Source: Candidatus Kerfeldbacteria bacterium (lineage in GTDB: Bacteria; Patescibacteriota; Patescibacteriia; SBBC01; CAIJZX01). From it: 64,000 nt of DNA. Shown here piece after piece: positions 59,318 through 64,000 of this stretch. The stretch spans positions 28,564 through 92,563 of the forward strand of contig CAIJZX010000015.1 of the NCBI GenBank assembly GCA_903825245.1. Direction: 5' to 3'. The notes beneath the pieces are model-generated. The model did no database searches, was not told the DNA's origin, and worked only from the letters and a program-made list of their open reading frames with translations. Positions within the stretch are counted from its first letter, which is position 1, and each line of letters opens with the position of its first letter. The position numbers and the translations under genes are program-made.

Positions 59318-60727
59318 ATGTCTCGGCCACTTTTGTTTATATTTCTCATTGCTTTTGGAATCGGTATTGCAACCGGTGAGGTTTTGGTTATACCGATGAT
59401 AGCACTAGCCACCGCGGCGGCTAGTGCTATCGCATGTTTAAGTTTTCGAAAAACAGTGTTAGTTGGGATAGCCGTTCTTGGTATCGCGCTTGGTGCTTGG
59501 CGGACACAAGTATCGTTACAAGCACCAGCCAACGATATTAGCCGTTTCCTTAATCAGACAATAACGTTAACCGGCGATGTGGTACTGCCATCAACCATTT
59601 CAGGTACAGCGCAGAAGTTTGAATTAACCGACCTTACGACAACGCATCAGCAATTTACCGGAAAATTGCTGGTGTCTGTTCCAGCAATACCCGAAATTCT
59701 TCCGGGGAGTCGTGTTCGCGTGTCGTGCGCGATTACCGAACTAACGGCAATATCGCAACGCCGGCAGTGGTCGCACGGCATTCATGCGCGTTGTGCAACG
59801 CTGGACGTCAAAATAATTGGATCAGTAACTTCATGGCGCGCAACGCTGGGAAAATGGCAGGAACAGTTATTATCGTACGTGCGGCACAACTTCAATGAGC
59901 CGCAAGCGTCATTACTGAATGGGATCCTCATCGGCAACACTGATGGTATGCCCGATTATCTTAATCAGGATTTTCAAATTACCGGCACGACGCACATTGT
60001 GGCATTATCGGGTTTCAATGTGACGATTATTATGGCTTTGGTGGTGAATTGGCTGATCAGGATCGTCGGGCGGCGTTGGGCATGGATACCGGCGCTTGTG
60101 TTATTGATTGCCTTTGTGATTATGAGTGGCGCCTCGGCGTCGGTCATGCGGGCGGCGATTATGGCGATTATCGTCCAGATGGGATTATTTATCGGTCGGC
60201 CGATCAGTATCGGTCGTTTGCTAGGGTACACCATTCTGTTGATGGCGTGGGTGAATCCGCTGGTGGTGTTTCACGATCTCGGTTGTCAACTGTCGTTTCT
60301 CGCCACGGTTGGTTTAGTCACGTTGTCGAAACCGTTACAACGAGCGATGCCGTGGGTGAGTGAAAAAGTCGGGTTGCGTGAAAATCTGGCGACCACCTTG
60401 TCGGCGATCATCATGACCGAGCCGTTGTTGCTGTGGCGATTCGGCAGAATTTCATTGGTCGCGCCGTTGGTGAACTTGTTCGTCGTGCCGCTCATTCCGT
60501 TATCGATGGGCGTAGGCTCGCTATTCTTATTGGGCATGTGGGTTCCGCTGTGGGCGGCGCTGACGGTACCGGTGAACGACGCACTCTTGCGGTTGATCGT
60601 GTGGTTCATTACATTCGGCGCGTCACTGCCGCAATCGTTGGTGTATGTCGCGCCGTATGTGGCCGTGATTGGTGGCATTAGTTTTGTGTGGTGCGCCCTT
60701 TGGTTACAGAAACGATATGCCCGGTAG
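59318..60727 (+). CDS. comEC: ComEC/Rec2 DNA-internalisation competence protein (DUF4131 + competence domain, no MBL domain)
   Basis: Polytopic protein with the ComEC competence-domain pattern (ALSGFNVTII...SGASASVMRAAIMA). Confidence 0.8.
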   Translation: MSRPLLFIFLIAFGIGIATGEVLVIPMIALATAAASAIACLSFRKTVLVGIAVLGIALGAWRTQVSLQAPANDISRFLNQTITLTGDVVLPSTISGTAQKFELTDLTTTHQQFTGKLLVSVPAIPEILPGSRVRVSCAITELTAISQRRQWSHGIHARCATLDVKIIGSVTSWRATLGKWQEQLLSYVRHNFNEPQASLLNGILIGNTDGMPDYLNQDFQITGTTHIVALSGFNVTIIMALVVNWLIRIVGRRWAWIPALVLLIAFVIMSGASASVMRAAIMAIIVQMGLFIGRPISIGRLLGYTILLMAWVNPLVVFHDLGCQLSFLATVGLVTLSKPLQRAMPWVSEKVGLRENLATTLSAIIMTEPLLLWRFGRISLVAPLVNLFVVPLIPLSMGVGSLFLLGMWVPLWAALTVPVNDALLRLIVWFITFGASLPQSLVYVAPYVAVIGGISFVWCALWLQKRYAR

Positions 60728-61004
60728 TACAACCTCCAAAACATATTACTATGTCTACGTATTGCAAAGTACTCATAAGGTATATCGCTATATAGGTTTT
60801 ACTCAAGCGCCTGATCGGAGATTACGTGAGCACAATATGGGTATGAACTTTTCAACACGCCCGTACCGGCCATTCAAGATAATATATTTTGAAGGTTGCC
60901 GTTCACGAGTTGACGCGAAGCGACGAGAAAAATATCTAAAAACAACAGGTGGTAGACGTTTCCTAGCAAAGAGATTACAAGATTATTTGTTTACAAAACA
61001 ATGA
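60714..61004 (+). CDS. GIY-YIG nuclease superfamily protein (UPF0213-like)
   Basis: YYVYVLQS...YIGFT...REHN GIY-YIG core. It overlaps the comEC end. Confidence 0.7.
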   Translation, partial: DMPGSTTSKTYYYVYVLQSTHKVYRYIGFTQAPDRRLREHNMGMNFSTRPYRPFKIIYFEGCRSRVDAKRREKYLKTTGGRRFLAKRLQDYLFTKQ

Positions 61005-61037
61005 GAAGTTCTATTTTACTAAGTTGTACTACCGGGT

Positions 61038-61913
61038 ATGGCCAAGAAACTTTTTCTTCTCAGCGTTAGTATTGCCGTCTTCGTTTGGTCGTGGATGTCT
61101 GTTCCACGATCAGTTCCGGCGTGCACATTTACCGCGCTCAATGTCGGACAAGGCGACGCAATCCTGATTCAAACGCGCGACCACCAAGATATTCTCATCG
61201 ACGGCGGACCGGATGATTCCGTCGTTGATCGTCTTAGTCATTTTCTTCCGGCCGGTGATCGCGACCTTGAACTCGTCGTACTCACGCATCCACACAGCGA
61301 TCATGTGAACGGTCTGGTACCGGTGACGCAACGATTTACCGTTCATCGCGTTTTGGAAACCGGCGTGCAGTTTACCGAAACAGCGTATGCGGAATGGCAG
61401 ACGATGCTAAAAGATAAGCATATTCCCGTTGACATCGCGCGCGCCGGCCAGAGATACACCGTCGGAGCCGCGACATTCGATGTGCTCTGGCCGGCGCTCG
61501 ACCTTTCACACACCACCATTACTAAAGATAACGCCGCCGAAGGCGGAGGCGTGAACGATACCTCGATCGTCATGAAGTTATCGTGCGGCGGGAGCGCGGC
61601 GATGTTAATGGGCGACGCGTCGAGCGATATTGAGAATCGCATCATCGATGCCGGTGTGGATGTGCATGCTTCGTTATTGAAGGTCGGTCATCACGGCTCT
61701 CGCTTTTCGTCGGGCGTGCGATTTCTGCAAGCAGTGAAAGCGACGTGGGCGGTGATTTCTGTCGGCGCGGGAAACAGCTATAAGCACCCGCATCCGACAG
61801 CATTATTACGCTTGATGCAGGCCGGATTACATATTGTTCGTACCGATCAAGTTGGCGATGTGCGTTTATTTACTGATGGAAAGGGTGGATGGACCCGGAA
61901 TCACAATGACTAA
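61038..61913 (+). CDS. ComEC-type MBL-fold metallo-hydrolase domain protein (stand-alone)
   Basis: Secreted or TM N-terminus. LVVLTHPHSDHVNGL and the VGHHGS motif are typical of the ComEC C-terminal beta-lactamase domain. Confidence 0.75.
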   Translation: MAKKLFLLSVSIAVFVWSWMSVPRSVPACTFTALNVGQGDAILIQTRDHQDILIDGGPDDSVVDRLSHFLPAGDRDLELVVLTHPHSDHVNGLVPVTQRFTVHRVLETGVQFTETAYAEWQTMLKDKHIPVDIARAGQRYTVGAATFDVLWPALDLSHTTITKDNAAEGGGVNDTSIVMKLSCGGSAAMLMGDASSDIENRIIDAGVDVHASLLKVGHHGSRFSSGVRFLQAVKATWAVISVGAGNSYKHPHPTALLRLMQAGLHIVRTDQVGDVRLFTDGKGGWTRNHND

Positions 61914-62013
61914 CTTGGGGTAATAAAAATGGTGGTGGGATTGACAAAAAGCCCAAATTGGTGTAATACAGAATTATCAGTCAACGAACCTTCACAAACC
62001 TTCGAGGTGCCCC

Positions 62014-62448
62014 ATGTTCCGTCAAATGGTGCAGTTGGTATGCGTCATAATTTTCGGATCGATGTTCAACGCGCAGTTTGCGGTGGCAGCTGACTATGTT
62101 AGCACTGACCACCAGTTGTCGGCTACTGGCTGGACCCAGCGGATGAGCGTCGTTTCCGTCAGCATGAACCGCTCAGTGAACAACTTCTTGTTGGTTGGCG
62201 CCGTTGCATCACTACCATTCGGTGTCGGAAACGATCGCATCGTCCGTGGCCAGGAACCGAAATGGTATCACCGGTACCTGAGCGATCAACCACAACTCAT
62301 GTTGACCGGAGACGTCGGATCCTCGTGGAGACTTTTTCATTGCCTCCAGACGAGAGTGTCGACCGGCGGTGAATACGATTTTAGAAGGTTCGAACAGCGA
62401 TATGTTACCGTCGATGTTCCAGGTGTGACGATCAACTTCACTCGTTGA
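62014..62448 (+). CDS. secreted hypothetical protein
   Basis: Signal peptide MFRQMVQLVCVIIFGSMFNAQFAVAA. 144 aa. Confidence 0.45.
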   Translation: MFRQMVQLVCVIIFGSMFNAQFAVAADYVSTDHQLSATGWTQRMSVVSVSMNRSVNNFLLVGAVASLPFGVGNDRIVRGQEPKWYHRYLSDQPQLMLTGDVGSSWRLFHCLQTRVSTGGEYDFRRFEQRYVTVDVPGVTINFTR

Positions 62449-62482
62449 TCGTCATTGCCCTCGAGAGCAGATCTTTCGTTCA

Positions 62483-62517
62483 GCCCCGCGCTATTAATCG
62501 GCGGGGCTTTTTCTTTT
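62483..62517 (+). terminator. rho-independent terminator
   Basis: GCCCCGC-loop-GCGGGGC followed by TTTTTCTTTT. Confidence 0.75.
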
Positions 62518-62572
62518 CTCGATATGGAAGCTTGAATTGTGATATACTGCCGTTGTATCAATCCACACCCGC

Positions 62573-63457
62573 ATGCCTGAACCCACAATTGTCATTGATC
62601 ATCTCACCAAGCGTTTCGGACGTACAACGGCCGTGAATGATGTTTCATTGACGGTTCAGGCTGGTGAAGTTTTTGGGTTTCTCGGACCGAATGGTGCAGG
62701 GAAAACGACGACCATTCGGTGTATGATGGATTTCTACCGACCCACAGCGGGATCAATTCGGTTGATGGGTTTAGATGCCAACACGGAGGGCGTGCTATCG
62801 CGAAAACATGTTGGTTTTATGCCGCCGGTAACAGCGCTCAATGAAAAATGGACTTCGTGCGAACATTTCGATTACGCGCGGGCTTTACGAAAAGCGCACG
62901 ACCGATCTGCCGAACTCGTGCAGCGTCTGGAGATTGACACCACAAAAACGATAAAACAACTATCGTCCGGAAATCGCCAAAAAGTTTCGTTGGCGATGGC
63001 GTTTATGTTTACGACCGATGTGGTAATTCTCGACGAGCCGACGAACGGACTCGACCCGCTGTTGCAGCAAACGGCGTATGAACTCATCCACGAGGCGCAT
63101 CAACGCGGTGCGACGATCTTTATGTCATCGCACAATCTGGCGGAAGTCGAACGAACGTGTACCCGGGTCGGTATTCTCCGAAACGGAAACTTGATTGCAC
63201 AGGAGACGATGTTGTCGTTGCAGGAGAAGCATCTATACACTGTGCAACTGTGGTTTAATCACGACGTGGCGCCGGCGTCAATAATGCTCCCGAATGCCAC
63301 GGTTATCGTTGCGCAGCCGCGAACGGTGACCCTAAAGTATCAAGGTGTTATGCAACCATTGCTCGATAGCATTGCCCGACTCAAACCGTATGATGTGTCG
63401 ATCAATCACGCCACGCTTGAAGAACACTTTATGACGTTTTATAACCATCAGGTATGA
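62573..63457 (+). CDS. ABC transporter ATP-binding protein
   Basis: Walker A GPNGAGKTT, signature LSSGNRQK, Walker B ILDEPT. An extended -10 TGtgaTATACT lies upstream. Confidence 0.88.
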   Translation: MPEPTIVIDHLTKRFGRTTAVNDVSLTVQAGEVFGFLGPNGAGKTTTIRCMMDFYRPTAGSIRLMGLDANTEGVLSRKHVGFMPPVTALNEKWTSCEHFDYARALRKAHDRSAELVQRLEIDTTKTIKQLSSGNRQKVSLAMAFMFTTDVVILDEPTNGLDPLLQQTAYELIHEAHQRGATIFMSSHNLAEVERTCTRVGILRNGNLIAQETMLSLQEKHLYTVQLWFNHDVAPASIMLPNATVIVAQPRTVTLKYQGVMQPLLDSIARLKPYDVSINHATLEEHFMTFYNHQV

Positions 63458-63861
63458 TGTCTCATGTAGTCATTGGTATTATTACCAGGAAAAACTCCGT
63501 TAATCAAACTGAATTTTTGTTAGTGTCTTCAAAGCGCGATTTTGGCGAATTCAGTGGACGGTATTATCCGCCCGGCGGACATTTGGAGGATGGTGAGGAC
63601 GAGCAAACAGCCCTCATACGTGAAATTAAGGAGGAGACCGGACTCGATGTTATGCCAGTGAAACGGATTGCTGAGACAGCGGCGGACGTAAAAGATCAAA
63701 CGACATACTGGTGGTTATGTGATATTCAAGGTGGCGAGCTACACTTCCAAAAAGACGAGTTGGCCGATGCAGGATGGTTTACTGCTGAAGTCACGAAGCG
63801 GTTGCCACTGTGGCCGATGGTCGAAAAAGTATTTACTGAGCATAACCTTTGGAAGCCATGA
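63454..63861 (+). CDS. NUDIX hydrolase
   Basis: Nudix box GGHLEDGEDEQTALIREIKEETGL. Confidence 0.75.
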   Translation: MMSHVVIGIITRKNSVNQTEFLLVSSKRDFGEFSGRYYPPGGHLEDGEDEQTALIREIKEETGLDVMPVKRIAETAADVKDQTTYWWLCDIQGGELHFQKDELADAGWFTAEVTKRLPLWPMVEKVFTEHNLWKP

Positions 63862-64000
63862 TTGCCATTATCCTCCGCACATTCCGCGACCGCTGGAAAA
63901 TGTTATTAGCCGTAACAGTGATTGGGGTGGGCACAATGTTGATGTACACGTCGCTGTTCCCGACGTACCGCGACATATTGGCGAAAAATAATCAGCTGTA
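63858..64000 (+). CDS. ABC transporter permease, N-terminal part (continues beyond window)
   Basis: MIAIILRTFRDRWKMLLAVTVIGVGTMLMY with a TM helix. It overlaps the upstream stop. Confidence 0.5.
   Translation, partial: MIAIILRTFRDRWKMLLAVTVIGVGTMLMYTSLFPTYRDILAKNNQL

Noticed and set aside
1-64000. CRISPR arrays, rRNA genes, IS/transposase or integrase genes
   Set aside because: No regularly spaced direct repeats, rRNA signatures or transposase/integrase-like ORFs were found. The two low-GC islets lack recognisable mobility genes.

Overview
The window is a gene-dense, mostly + strand chromosomal segment with about 50% GC from a small-genome bacterium. The gene content resembles a CPR/Patescibacteria-type episymbiont. 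TGA is a true stop here, since an RF2 gene with the classic CUU-UGA +1 frameshift is present. Housekeeping content includes a SUF Fe-S operon (sufC', sufB, NUDIX, HIT, short sufD, sufS, grpB, sufU), sortase, sodA, lepB, hisS, rpsU, yqeY, ybeY, dgkA, ftsA, ftsZ, nrdR, a 1163-aa class II (B12-dependent) ribonucleotide reductase, cobO, HtrA, prfB and glmS. There is a type IV pilus operon (pilB, pilC, pilin, two minor pilins, a vWA tip-like protein). There is also ComEC/Rec2 with a separate MBL-domain gene, several ABC transporters, and two tRNAs (Pro-GGG on the - strand, Val-CAC on the + strand). Seven features stand out:
(1) A 6.9-kb gene (30121-37068) encodes a 2315-aa secreted protein. It has an N-terminal VirB2/TrbC-like pilin hairpin anchor, S-layer-type Ig-like domains, Cys-rich modules and two duplicated CBM4/9-like modules. 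It is followed by two small membrane/repeat proteins. It is a candidate host-attachment adhesin system.
(2) A probable cobalamin riboswitch (about 49370-49605) lies upstream of two DUF4430 B12-binding-like proteins and a membrane transporter. This sits next to nrdJ, nrdR and cobO, forming a compact B12-scavenging module.
(3) Two low-GC islets carry HEPN-like genes: a zinc-ribbon-DUF4145 gene beside tRNA-Pro, and an RX4-6H-motif gene near glmS.
(4) A frameshifted ECF sigma factor lies next to a PAS-domain gene.
(5) sufS carries a GC-rich palindromic in-frame insertion.
(6) ComEC is split by a GIY-YIG gene.
(7) Two promoter/hairpin motifs recur in the window.
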